Positions 24,701 to 35,754 of a DNA stretch of 41,405 nt are shown in pieces. Every line of letters begins with the position of its first letter. Positions within the stretch are counted from its first letter, which is position 1. Made by a program: the position numbers and the translations under genes. This DNA comes from Phoronis australis (lineage: Eukaryota; Animalia; Phoronida), in contig NMRA01001194.1 of NCBI GenBank assembly GCA_002633005.1, positions 1 through 41,405 of the forward strand. The letters run 5' to 3'. The notes beneath the pieces were generated by a model, which was given only the letters and a program-made list of their open reading frames with translations, was not told where the DNA came from and did no database searches.

Positions 24701-27700
24701 TTTTGAACTGAGTAAAGGTCAGTATAGACTATGATCAATTTTCCAGCGGTAAATGGCCTTAATAAAACTTGTTTTTTACAAAAACCTTGTGCCACCTTAA
24801 AAAAACTAGCCGATGTTCCGTAAGTGAGTCCCTTATTTCCTTGATCATGTAACAAGAGCCAATCATTCTCTGAGCTACGCAAAACTGACAAATTTCACTA
24901 TAAGAACACCACCATTGCCTAACAGAGGGTGGTCCTCTGAATCCACTGGAAACAAATTGCTAAGCAAAGCAAAGCCACATAAATCATGAAGTACTGTGTT
25001 GGCGACGTAGTTATAATGATATTTGCGGATTTCTATGTTGGCAAGTAGCATCATATGGTAATAAAAACAACGACGGATTTAAAACTGCTTGAAATGTTTC
25101 GGCGTTTACTAATATACCATCATCAGAAGAAAAAAACACAGTGGTCACCTCGCTAGCCCCAACAAGTTACGATACACAGACACAGTAGTAACAATAGACT
25201 GTACTAACAATGACAACCTGTGGTGTGCCAGTTGCCTGTTGAGACTAGGCTGGCACTATGAACTATTGATGTGTAGAGCCACACGACTTTTAACCTCCTT
25301 TGTTGTTTATGCTCGGTCTATTATAGCAAATTCATTGAGAGAGCATTGCTCATAACAATGATTGGAGCTTTGCAGACTAACATTAATGAGTGAAACCGTC
25401 AGAATTTAGATGTTCCGTGGTCCGGGTTTTCAAATGGCGAACAATTTCGCCTACAGTGTATATAACTGGAGCCACATTCAGCACAGATAAATTTGTACAC
25501 TACACTGGACTGTAGACCCACAGGAATTTTGTCCTCAGGGTTAAATAAATTGGACAGTTTTAGAGTCATGAATATTAACACAACTCTTAAGTCAACGGAG
25601 TAATAATTCACGTATTTGTTGAGTTTTCGTTGAGTGATCTTGACGAACATTTCAACATAGGGTATTTTAAAGTACTTGTGTTGACTCCAATGTAACCCTG
25701 ATGGTATTCATCGGTTGCCAAAACGAAACCTTTGACCAGGGGTCATTTTGCAACGATCAAAACTGGCCCGGGTCTTTTTTTCCACGGGAGTGAAACTTTA
25801 CAACTGTTTCCCCAATCGCAAGCAAATGATCCTTCGTTTGACAGTGATTGAGACCATTAGATCTCAAAATTTTCCAAAAATATAGACGAAATTTGTTCGG
25901 AAGACGTTGATGGTGATGACATTTATAAATTTTATTTTTTACTAAACATACTTAATTCTACCCTAAGCCCAAAACAAAAATAACACCGAAACAAACGAAC
26001 GCAAACAATTCCCTGCACGCATACACGGCGCAACCTCAGCCGCGCGTAAGTTGGCTTTCCAACCCTAAAGTGGATGTCTGTGGTTCGCCGATTTTCACTA
26101 CACGTCATTAGCGCGAATTTTAGCGTGAGCACGCCGAGCGTGCTGACAAACAGTTTTCCAAATTCTCTCCACAACGTTTTGTGTAGAAAATGGTAGCTGA
26201 ATAAACGAACGAGTAAACAACATACGACCCATACCCCCATCCGTGAACTACTTTAATTAGCGACTTTGTATAATAAAATTATTGGCTTTCACAATCGGTC
26301 ACCATGTTGGTTTTCAGACGCCAAGAACATGTCCTAGGTAACCGCCTTGGTAGTCATCACAATGTCTGAAAACTAACATTCTGACCACAGAGAAATTCAA
26401 TAGTTGTATAACACTCTACTTAGAAATGTCCTTCACAAACCACCTCAATGGACTGTGTGCAAGTTGAAGTGGAAAATGTGACCTTCTCACTTCTGACCGT
26501 CCTGTTTACGACTTTTGCCCTGGTTAATTATTCCTAGTGGCGTAAATTTGTTTGGACATGTATCTCTGATGACGGTATTTTGAATAAATGCTTGATGATA
26601 ACTTTGTAATTAGAGCGTAGATTCACAGTGGAATTTGGCCAGCGAAGGACCTTCAAACAATGATGACGAACTTGGGTATGACGTCTACGCAGACGCATTC
26701 GTCGAGTTGGTACGGGATGAGCGTGTTTCAAATGGCACTACCATCGGTGTCTACGGAAGTTGGGGCGCAGGGAAGACATTCTTGCTGAACCGCTTGAGTG
26801 AAAAATGCAAGCAGATAGAGTCCAACGCTAAGAAGGCAAGTAGTATTTGGCGAACTGGGTAAGGTCGGTAGCTGGCAATTGTTTTAGTTCCACAAACGCC
26901 CAATACGTCTGTACATGTAGGTGCCTCATTGCAGCTTTTCCGTGTGTCATGCATGGGAAGACCTGCTGATGGTGTTATATACATTTACTACTTCAAAGAC
27001 TACTTATTACATTCTAACTTGAACATTTTGTTACGAAAGCCGGGTCTATTTACAATTGATCAGTTTAAAATAAAACTATTAATAAAAAGTAACTGTGTTT
27101 ACTTTACATTGCGCAAGCATGTTTTTACAAAAGTTGCGTTATGTGGTTTAAAGTTTTAGACACATCAAGTTTTTCGGTAAAAAGATCGTTTTTACGGTTC
27201 ATATGGAAATCCTACACTCGTTCCAGGTTGATGACATGGGCAAAACCTCTTGGCAAGTCTATGCATTTTGACGGAATTTCCAAGAGGTTTTGGGCATGTC
27301 ATGAACTTGAGACGAGTATAAGAATATCTAGATACGTTATATCATCGCACGGAAATTGTCGAATATTTTATCGATGGAGTGTGTTCATGATTATAGAATT
27401 AGAGATACGTGGATGTACAAAAGCTTCAATGAATGCATTTCACGTGATTTTGGATGAACGCTTTGTTAGACAAAATCAGGAAGAGGTTATCTCTTCCTGA
27501 CAAAAGTAATACTTGTTAATCTCATAAGTAAGTGTCAAGATCATGCACGAATCCCTAGAATGAACAACTAGTTATTATCAATTTAAGCTAATTGTCTACT
27601 TGATGTCTACACTTACCATCAAATCAATTATTAACTTCCATACTCAACCCATAGAAGTAATTGTTTCCCTACCATTTAATTCATGAACGAAAAATCTTAA

Positions 27701-30700
27701 TTCATGTTATAAGGTCCTCGTAATCATGTCACCGACGTTTGTGAAGGGGGTCAAGTTTTGCTTGAAACAAGAATAATTCTTTAAAAACCCACCTCAGAAA
27801 TTCTTGTTCAAACTACATCTTTTACAGGAATCGCAACCTCCAAGCTATCGCCAAATGAAGACAAGGTTATGTTGCCGTTTCTCGTGTAACATATGTGCCT
27901 ATCTTACTTTACTTGCGTTCGTGGTACTGGGTTTTGGCATAACTGCAGGAGGTTTGGTTTTGGGACTTGGTGACGAAAACAACACAACGGGAAATGGAAG
28001 TGCAACAAACTCACCAACAGTTTTACCTCAAATATATGTGATGTCGAGTTTCGGCGGATTTGTCGTTATAGTTATCCTATTCGCCCTGATTAAGTGCTGC
28101 TGTATCAGTGGGTGCAAGATGTTCGACGAATTCTTCAAATTACTGTTACTCGTGTTCTTCAAACAACCATCGCAGCAACGAAGCACCACGGACAACAAAT
28201 CAACACCAAGCAACTTAAAAGTGATTGAAGCTCGTTTCAACGCTTGGGAGTTCTCTGGCTCTGACCATCTGTGGGCTGGTATAGTTACAAACATCTGTAA
28301 TGTTGTAGAACAAGAATTCGGTTACTGGAAAACTAGACTGTTCCGTTTCGTTGAAGGCAAAGCCACAGACACTGAGCAAAGCAGAGCCGTCGAAGACAGT
28401 TTTTGCTTCAGGTCATGCTGCGTCTCGGGAGGGACTGAACGTCACTATAGCCAGGTACCCACGGACGATAACACGACAACCGGAGTACAACCAAATTCTG
28501 GAAGCGACACAAGCAATGTGCTGGAAGAGCGGCAATCCTGTCTGCGGATATCCTATTACTTTACCTTTTTCTTGATAATCTCCATGTTAATTTTTTCAGT
28601 AACAGTAATTATTTATTATGCCCAAACAACGCCCCCAGCCACGCGCGAGCAACTCCTATTTGGCGTAGCGCTTGCGGGTTTGGTTACAGCGCTAATACCG
28701 ATAATTAAAACAACCGTGGGTTTGATTAGTTCCCTGTGTCAATCTGAGGCGGAACGTGTAGTGCGGATGAAGAGGCACTTGACTCGTTCAAATTTTGACG
28801 AGGAATTAGGATTTATGAACAGAGTCAAATTAGAAGTATACTTTATTAACGATTTTATTAGATATATGGAATACATATACCAGACAGATTATCGCCTACT
28901 TATAATCATTGACGATCTTGACAGAGTGGAAAAAGACAAAATTCACAAAATTCTTGAAGCTGTTAATATATTGTTCTCCGATAACACTCTGCCCTTCATT
29001 TCGCTAGTTGCCGTTGATCCACTGATTGTCGTGAAGGCTATCGAGCAATCATATCCCAAAGTGCTGTTAAAAGCTAATATTAACGGTCACGAGTATCTGA
29101 AGAAAATCATTCACCTGCCTTTTTGCATTCCCTTGCCCAAGGACGAGTCAGTTAAGCAGTATGTTAACGCCATGGTGAAAACAGAAAAGTCCAGTAATGC
29201 CGTCCGTAATGACAGTAATGTTGAACCTAAACACTTAGAACTTGGACACGTACATGATAGCCAAATGAATGAGCGAAAGGCGGACGGTGATACTCCGTCA
29301 AAAAGTGATGAGCAAAGAGAAGTTGAGAATGCCTCGTTGAGAACAGCGATGGATGGTTTGAGAGAAACGAGTGAATTCCTCGCACCTAACGCGCGAAATA
29401 TCAAACGTATTCGTAACATACTGATGGCAACGTTTAAGCTTGTGATGAGAGGGGAAAAGATGAGCGACAACGAAATTCACGAGCTGGCGCGATGGGTGCT
29501 TTTCACAGAGCAGTGGCCATATAGAGCGAGTTGGTTGATACATCTTTGCGAAAAGTGCGAGTACGATTCGGAGAAACAGCTATTCACGTTATACGAAGAA
29601 TGCGAGAAAGAATTGGCCAAGCCGTCCAACTGGAAAGCGCTACTTAGCCTTGATCACAACCCAAGGCTGTTCAAATTATTCCTAAAGAAATACAAGTTTA
29701 AAGTGAGTGACGTGAAAAAGTTTTTGCCAGTAACTGTAAACCTTGACTACACAATCAGGACAATAATAGTGAATGCTGAATCGGAGAAAACTGCAAAAAT
29801 GTATCGCGAACAGTTGAAATCGAATGAAGTTGGAAAAGCTGGAGAAAATCAATCGACACTAAATGCAGCGGAAATGACTAGATCAGAAAATAGAAGAGAT
29901 GGCAATGAAGGTACCATTAAATTAGTTTTAACAATTTTTCAAATCAGAATATATTGTTGCACCTAACTGTCTCAAGCTGTCTAATAGCCGTCTTTCCGTG
30001 GCGTAATTCAGAGGCACCCCATTCTGCAAACTTACATTTCGCGAGAGACAAAAACATCGCCGAGTATCTGTTTAACAGTAAATCAATATGGTGTCGACCC
30101 AATGTTCCCCAGCCAGATGTTCCCCCGGCCTTATGTTCCTCTGTCTCCATTTTCCACCGGTCCTATGTTGCCCAGCAGAGGGTCTCGATGTTATCCCTAC
30201 TCGTTAGTTTAGGTTCAAGGGCGATAATTTGATGCGCCCCACTATTTTTATGTGAAGACACTCATAACGCTTACACTCATGTCGTATTTTCGGAAATTGT
30301 CCACTTCCTTGGAGAACGGTTTTCCGATAGCATTTACCCGGAACGTTCTAAATGTACACACCCAATGTATGGATTTTTTTGCAAGATTCGTTGTAAGTTT
30401 GTATTGTTTAGAACTCAAATGAAATACATATGCCAAACAATGGTCACTTTAGTGTTCCGGATTTTGAGAACCAGTTTGATGCTCGTCGTCCAGTAGGGGG
30501 AACTGGTTCTCAAAATGAGGGGACCCTTTAAGTGACTATTACCCAAATCTCAAGCACTCGTTTAACAGTTCAGTCTCTCTGGAGTAGTCAGCAATCAAAT
30601 TTGTTCTTACATAATTCAAAGCTTGGATTCTCCAGGGAAACCTGCATTGTATCTAGCAGACCTACATTTTGTGAGAGACACAAACAGTGCCCTGTGTTTG

Positions 30701-33700
30701 GCTAAGAGTAACCGAATAATACCATTGTGTTTAGAATTATTTCATTGACTTAGAGATTTTTACGGGGGGACAGCAGTCCACTCGCCACCAAAAGACGAGA
30801 CAAATCACGTGGAAGCCACAGAAAATCAGTCACCAGACACTCTACGTAAGCTGACAAATAAGTGAAGTATCAAGATTTTACCACCTGAAAGGTGCTTGCT
30901 GCACAAATTCAGCAATCACTTTCGCAATGGTCATCATTGCCATTACAGCACACGTGAAATCGTGGTAATGGCTTTAGAGTGCTTTAAAGATTTGAGTACC
31001 TTGTTAAAACACTTACAGAAAGTGGGCATCATTTAATCTAGATTTAAATGTAGTTACTTTATATTTACTGCATGTTTATGGGGTACATCTTTAAAGCATA
31101 CGTTGTACACATCAAGTTTTTACGGAAGACGAATTCTTCACGCTACAATGAATTGTGTAGGATGCTGGTAATCCAACGCAGAATGAAACAAACTTCTACA
31201 CTTATATCAAAGCAAAAGTTTGGGCTTAGTGTTGATGCGTTTCACCACCAAGTTTTGTTTAGGAGATAGGACAGTCAATCACACATTCGAGTTCATCAGT
31301 AAATCTACCCGTGCAACTTACGTTCTTAATCATATCCCTACCTCTGCGAGACAAGCGCCGACATTGCTCGTAGCGTTCATGTCAATAGAATACACTCTAC
31401 ATCATTTGGTTTCTCTCTATTTATTTCTCAATAGTTTTTATTTGATGAATATTTTGGGTGAATATCGTTTATTTCTTTCCTTTTGTTTCTTTTACATGTT
31501 CCATTACTTTCCAGCGCCACGTGAACGACTCGAGAAAAACGTAAAAGCCAGTGGCATGAAGTTTCTCGGTCAAACGCCACGTGATGGCAATTGCTTCTTC
31601 CATGCTATGGTGTCTCAGTGTAAGCGAACGAACACTCGCCCTGATATCACACCTCAAAAGCTTCGAGAAGAAACTGTTGGCCATATGAAAGTAAGCGTTT
31701 TGAAAGTAATCAGGATCCGTGTCAATTGTATCGCCTCTGACATGGAATGTTCTAAATACATCAATTTTGTAGATTAAATCTATAGTCAGTGATCGATGAT
31801 TCAGGACAATGTGGTTATAAACGCTAGAATTTTTTTCGGCATTATTTCATGCGAACAGATCGCGTACATGTATGGGTAACGCACTGTTTCTCAGAATGAT
31901 TTGTCGTCACTTTTATGCTCCCGCATATTTATTTGTCGACTCATTATGCCGTCTTCCTCGTCCCTCTGGTGTCCAGCATCCGGAGTCCGCTGCTCTATCT
32001 CCAAAATCTTTCGATATGTGTTCATGAATTTTGCGCATGTTTCTTTTATGAATGGCACGGATGAGCGAACATTAGGGCGGATCCGACCACTGGTGCGCCC
32101 CTTGGTGTCAATTTTAGTTTTTAGGGTTTTCTCTGTATCTTCAAAGGTCCTCAACATATTTTCATAAAATTTGGCAGATAGGCATCTATTGGCAAGATGA
32201 AGCTATCCCCCGTTTTCGACTGAATTTATGGTATTTTGCGTCACACAGTGGCTGTTTTGTTTGTTTGTTGTCGTCCTCACCTCTGTCAACCAAACCACTC
32301 TGAGCATGATTGTGAAAATTGGCATATATGGTCCTATTGTAAAGAGGACGAATGACAATTTTCCGACGATTTCGACTACCGTGGCGCTTCTAGTGGCGGT
32401 TTTGGTTTGTTTTTTGCGCCCCTGTCTGTATCTCCTAAACCCTCGGCAGGATCTTTGTTAAATTCAGAATATATATTTATATGAAGCTGACAATGGACCA
32501 CCACAACTTTGAGACCAATACGACGAATGCCGTGTCCCGTAATGGCAATTTCATTTTTCCGTTTTCCTCTGTTTCTCTGAAATTTCGTGACAGATTTTTA
32601 TGATAATTGGTAATTGAGTTTCTATTAAAGAAATGGTATCAAGCACCACTTTTTAGGATGGTTCGACGTATTTTGCTTCTAATGGCCAATTTTTACTGTT
32701 TTCTAGTCTATTTTTGAAGTCCGACCTGGATTGTTCTAAAAATCCCTCGACCCTCTCACCCCGCGACCCCCTCGACCCATTTTACCCAAGCTCGACTCAA
32801 TCTGAACATAGACCAAGCGCTGACCTGGAGGACCAACGAATTGGGCCATGAGCTCGGATGGCTTTTCCCGTCATTTTTTTGGAATAAAGAGAGTATTCGG
32901 CAAGTTGGAAAGCCAAAAACAGAAAAAAAAAACAACGTCACCATATTAAATTTAAGACCTACCAACGTTACAAATGTTGTTTCCAGCAGGGCATAATCGT
33001 CTCGTCTTCTCTTCAGTAAATGACAGATTCAAGCTTTTTTGGGAGAGTGCAAAGAACCGAAGAGTAATGTATGCTGGAAAATACAGTTGGAAAAACAAAT
33101 TGATAACTAAAAGGAGTATTTCAACGTTATGTGGAGTATAATATAAACGAATGTACAACAGAAAGCAAGTTATAAAAATGTGAAATTATTTTCGTTCACA
33201 TTAACGTACTCTCTCCCTAAGTTTAGGAGAACTGGGCCATTGGTAGCCACTTGTGGAACTATTTCCTTGACAACAATAGCGCGCTCATAATGCACTATTT
33301 CAGATCACGTTCTTACGACACTTTCTGTTTTTAACCACCAGAGCAGATTAGCGTGTAGGTTGTCTTGTGGGAGTCATTAGGCGACGAAATGTGGTTATGA
33401 AATGTTTAAACGTCGAAGAAAAATCATTGCTGCATGTCGTGGGTAGACGATGTTGTGAATAGTGGGTCATTGGGGTTGGAGGTCGAGGGTGTCGTGGGTC
33501 GGCGGGGTGTCGGGTCGAGGGGTTTTGGAACAATACGTCTGCCCCTCTATTTAACCAAACCAATCTAAGAATGAAAACTGGCACAGTATGCGTCCACTTT
33601 TTGGGAATATGTTTGTGCTTTGACCGCAAATTTGTTGGGAAATCACTGGAGCACGACACTGTAAAGAAAGAACAATCACTCATGGTTTTTTGAACCCCTG

Positions 33701-35754
33701 TTTTGTGTAAATTTATTGAGCTTTGTGCTGCATAAATCGACTGAAGTGAAGCGCCCGTGAATTTCCTAAACCCAAGTGTCATACCTTGAAGTATAAATAG
33801 GGTATTGGAGACGATCAGAAGCTGAGAACGCGTGTGGGCTGATGATGATTTTCAGACAACACGAACTATAGCAGCTCCTCGCAGTGGCAATTTCTTTGCG
33901 TCTATGCCTCTATCTCTCAAACCTTCTGCAGGATCGTCATTAAACTTGGCAATTTATATCATCAAAGTTGACAACGGACAAAGACGACATTTGGATGGAT
34001 CCAACTACTGATATGGTCTCATAGTGGCAATTAATTTTTTCGTTCTTTGTATCTTTGAAACTCCTTGGCAGATTTTTATGAAACTTAACAAGTAGGTATT
34101 TATTATAGAGTCGTAAATATTTCCGTTTATAGCGGATGTTTTACTGTCATGAAATTTTGCAAATAGTTTTCCTATTAAAGAGACGACGAAACCTTCTCAT
34201 TTTCGATTGGATTTGGCGTATTCTACGCCACTTGGTGGCCATTTTAAATTTTTTAATGAGTTTTTGACATCACCCTCCTTATTCACCAAACCGCTTGAAG
34301 GATTAATACTAAAATTTGATGAAAAGACTGAGCCTGACGTTGGTTTTCAGGCGTTTTCATCTACTCTGCTACCCCCACCCCCTGCCCCTGCATCCACGGT
34401 TGTATCATCTTTACCTGCCCCAAGATTTTTTGCAGATGTTTTCTTATAAAGATGGCAACAGATGACGATGATTGATTAGCCATATTCTGCACCAACTAGC
34501 GGCCATTTTAATTATTTTAATTTAGTTTTTTGACGTTTACTCCTGTATCTGCCCAACCATACCTCGGATTATTATGAAAATTACCAAATGTGTTTCTACT
34601 GACAAAAGCATAACTGGCGTGGATTTTCAAAGAGGTCCAACTTCTGTGTTGCCGCTTATTGACGTTTTTTCACATCAACGACTGTATCAGCTAAACACCT
34701 TGCAAGATGTTTTTGAAATTTTCCAATATTTATTCTATTCCTATTAACTTGACGGCAGATGGGTAGATTCGACTACTGCTTTGACTCCTAATTGCCGTTT
34801 TTTAAGTTTGCCTTTCTATCTTTGGATTTCTTTGACGAATTTTCATAAAATCTGGCAAATAATTTGGGAGACGACGACACCTTTCCATTTTTGGGCGGCT
34901 TCAACACACTATGAGCCATCTAACGGCTACGAGAAGCACACCATTTTGTCATTGCCTTATACAGTATGACATCTGCTCCCAACATGCTTAAAATCAGTTT
35001 TGGAATGTTTGGCATAGTGTCTGTTAGCAAGTATCACATTCAGTATGTGTCACGTGTCAAAAAGCATTTCATGGGCAAGACTTTTTGACCATCTGAAGAC
35101 ACGAATTTATGTATATTACAGTGTTGAAACAATATTTTTTTACAAACAACTGTGAATTTTTAAAAGTGACTGATTGTTCTTTATACTTTATTCAATACAT
35201 AAAAATATATTTTACAAATATTTGTGACGTTTTAGAGTCAAAAGTCAAGTGATGGTTGTTTAAAGTTTAGCCTTGAAGATAGAAAACTGACTGTTTCCGA
35301 AGAAGAAAGTTTGTAAAATGGAAAGTTAGTTTTGTTAGCGCTCGGTTAGCCTATGGAAAATCATATGACAAAAATATTCCCAAAATACTAATTATTTCTT
35401 GTGATTTTCATCTAATCGATTGTGATGTTTCATTAGGCGCAGTCGTTGTGTAGCGTGTAACATGTTCTTGTTTGATTTATACAGGACAATCCTGACGACT
35501 ACAAATCATCAGTCACCAAAAACTGGGAGGACTATATCGAAGGCATGAAAAAAAGTAATACTTGGGTTGATCACCCTGCCGTAGAGGCTGCAGCAAAGGT
35601 CCTTGGTGTGAAACTACACATAGTGAACAGTTTTCAATATGATAAGTCGGATACAATTGAAAACATCATCAACGAAACAGCTAAAGGTCCTACGTTTCTG
35701 CTTGGTCACGAAGACGAAGTTCATTATGAGAGTCTTGAGCTAGTGCCGCCCTGA
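21343..35754 (+). CDS. Multi-exon gene model: TIR - Pro-rich linker - KAP-family P-loop NTPase (4 TM) - OTU deubiquitinase, ~1,158-1,188 aa
   Basis: Proposed join: 21343-21793, 22564-22677, 23173-23286, 24404-24450, 26614-26835, 27828-29910, [30756 or 30774-30845, optional], 31515-31690, 35485-35754. Intron phases 1,1,1,0,0,1,(1),0 are all mutually compatible and give a stop-free frame. The start is in an ACCATGG context. Confidence 0.72.
22564..22677 (+). CDS. Coding exon 2: Pro-rich linker repeat, copy 1
   Basis: TTTCTTTAG| ... |GTGAGT; 114 nt, phase 1-1; encodes GHVPMGPTSQPSGKPKSIDPPAANAPGGDTPDSKPDSP. Confidence 0.75.
23173..23286 (+). CDS. Coding exon 3: Pro-rich linker repeat, copy 2
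   Basis: TTTCTTTAG| ... |GTGAGT; 114 nt, phase 1-1; encodes RHVPMGPTSQPRGKPKSIDPPVANAPGGDTPDSKPDSS. Confidence 0.72.
24404..24450 (+). CDS. Coding exon 4: short linker exon
   Basis: TTTCTAG| ... ACG|GTAAAA; 47 nt; encodes RKDNEPDPEGDPPKIT. Its phase 1 to 0 change is exactly what is needed to join exon 3 to exon 5. Confidence 0.65.
25088..25129 (-). ncRNA. Degenerate minimal type I hammerhead ribozyme associated with a Penelope-like remnant
   Basis: The minus strand reads CUU-CUGAUGA-UGGUAUAUUAGUAAACGCC-GAAAC-AUUUC-AAG. Both core boxes are present, CUU/AAG can form stem I, and stems II and III have mismatches. Confidence 0.5.
25088..25680 (-). mobile_element. Decayed Penelope-like retroelement (GIY-YIG region and 3' end), intronic
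   Basis: LKLSNLFNPEDKIPVGLQSSVVYKFICAECGSSYI matches the PLE pattern KD.IP..L.S.VVYKF.C..C...YIG.T. It is preceded by a KIPYV-like segment and is frameshifted after YI. Confidence 0.8.
26297..26388. repeat. Short imperfect inverted repeat (MITE-like)
   Basis: GGTCACCATGTTGGTTTTCAGAC pairs with GTCTGAAAACTAACATTCTGACC. Confidence 0.55.
26614..26835 (+). CDS. Coding exon 5: KAP NTPase N-terminus with Walker A
   Basis: DDELGYDVYADAFVELV...TTIGVYGSWGAGKTFLLNRL, the typical KAP D-x-LG and GxWGxGKT motifs. Acceptor AATTAG| at 26613 (in-frame alternative CAG| at 26628); donor AAG|GCAAGT. Confidence 0.88.
27828..29910 (+). CDS. Coding exon 6: KAP-family P-loop NTPase core, NKPD1/Kidins220-like, with two pairs of TM helices
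   Basis: Motifs RFNAWEFSGSDHLWAGIV, ELGFMNRVKLEV, Walker B LLIIIDDLDR, VAVDPLIVVKAIE, YLKKIIHLPFCIP, PNARNIKRIRN, WVLFTEQWPYRASW; four hydrophobic segments. Acceptor TTTTACAG| (phase 0), donor AAG|GTACCA (phase 1). Confidence 0.93.
30461..30516. repeat. Perfect 16-bp inverted repeat; a related left arm occurs at ~20723
   Basis: ATTTTGAGAACCAGTT ... AACTGGTTCTCAAAAT. 20701-20754 resembles 30441-30492. Confidence 0.6.
30756..30845 (+). CDS. Putative optional linker exon 7
   Basis: Good donor C|GTAAGC (phase 1); encodes ...VHSPPKDETNHVEATENQSPDTL. The acceptor is ambiguous: AG at 30755 or CAG at 30773 keep the frame, while TAG at 30753 does not. Confidence 0.4.
31515..31690 (+). CDS. Coding exon 8: OTU deubiquitinase N-half with catalytic Cys
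   Basis: TPRDGNCFFHAMVSQ...LREETVGHMK; acceptor TTTCCAG| (phase 1), donor AAA|GTAAGC (phase 0). Confidence 0.9.
32730..33534. mobile_element. ~800-bp non-autonomous DNA transposon with subterminal CGACCC repeats
   Basis: Inverted ends ATTGTTCTAAAAATCCCTCGACCC / GGGTCGAGGGGTTTTGGAACAAT, with short C-rich repeats on the left mirrored by G-rich repeats on the right. Confidence 0.7.
35485..35754 (+). CDS. Coding exon 9 (terminal): OTU deubiquitinase C-half with catalytic His
   Basis: Acceptor TATACAG| (phase 0); encodes DNPDDYKSSVTKNWEDYIEGMKKSNTWVDHPAVEAAAKVLGVKLHIVNS...LLGHEDEVHYESLELVPP*. Confidence 0.9.
   Translation, partial: DNPDDYKSSVTKNWEDYIEGMKKSNTWVDHPAVEAAAKVLGVKLHIVNSFQYDKSDTIENIINETAKGPTFLLGHEDEVHYESLELVPP

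Noticed and set aside
27804-29966. 720-aa standalone ORF as listed in the track
   Set aside because: It begins at a TTG inside the polypyrimidine tract, lacks Walker A (encoded in the upstream exon) and runs into intron sequence after 29910.
21343-35754. Prokaryotic anti-phage operon (separate TIR, KAP and protease genes)
   Set aside because: The ORFs are bounded by spliceosomal splice sites, separated by kb-scale introns with animal transposons, and the KAP motifs match the NKPD1/Kidins220 type.
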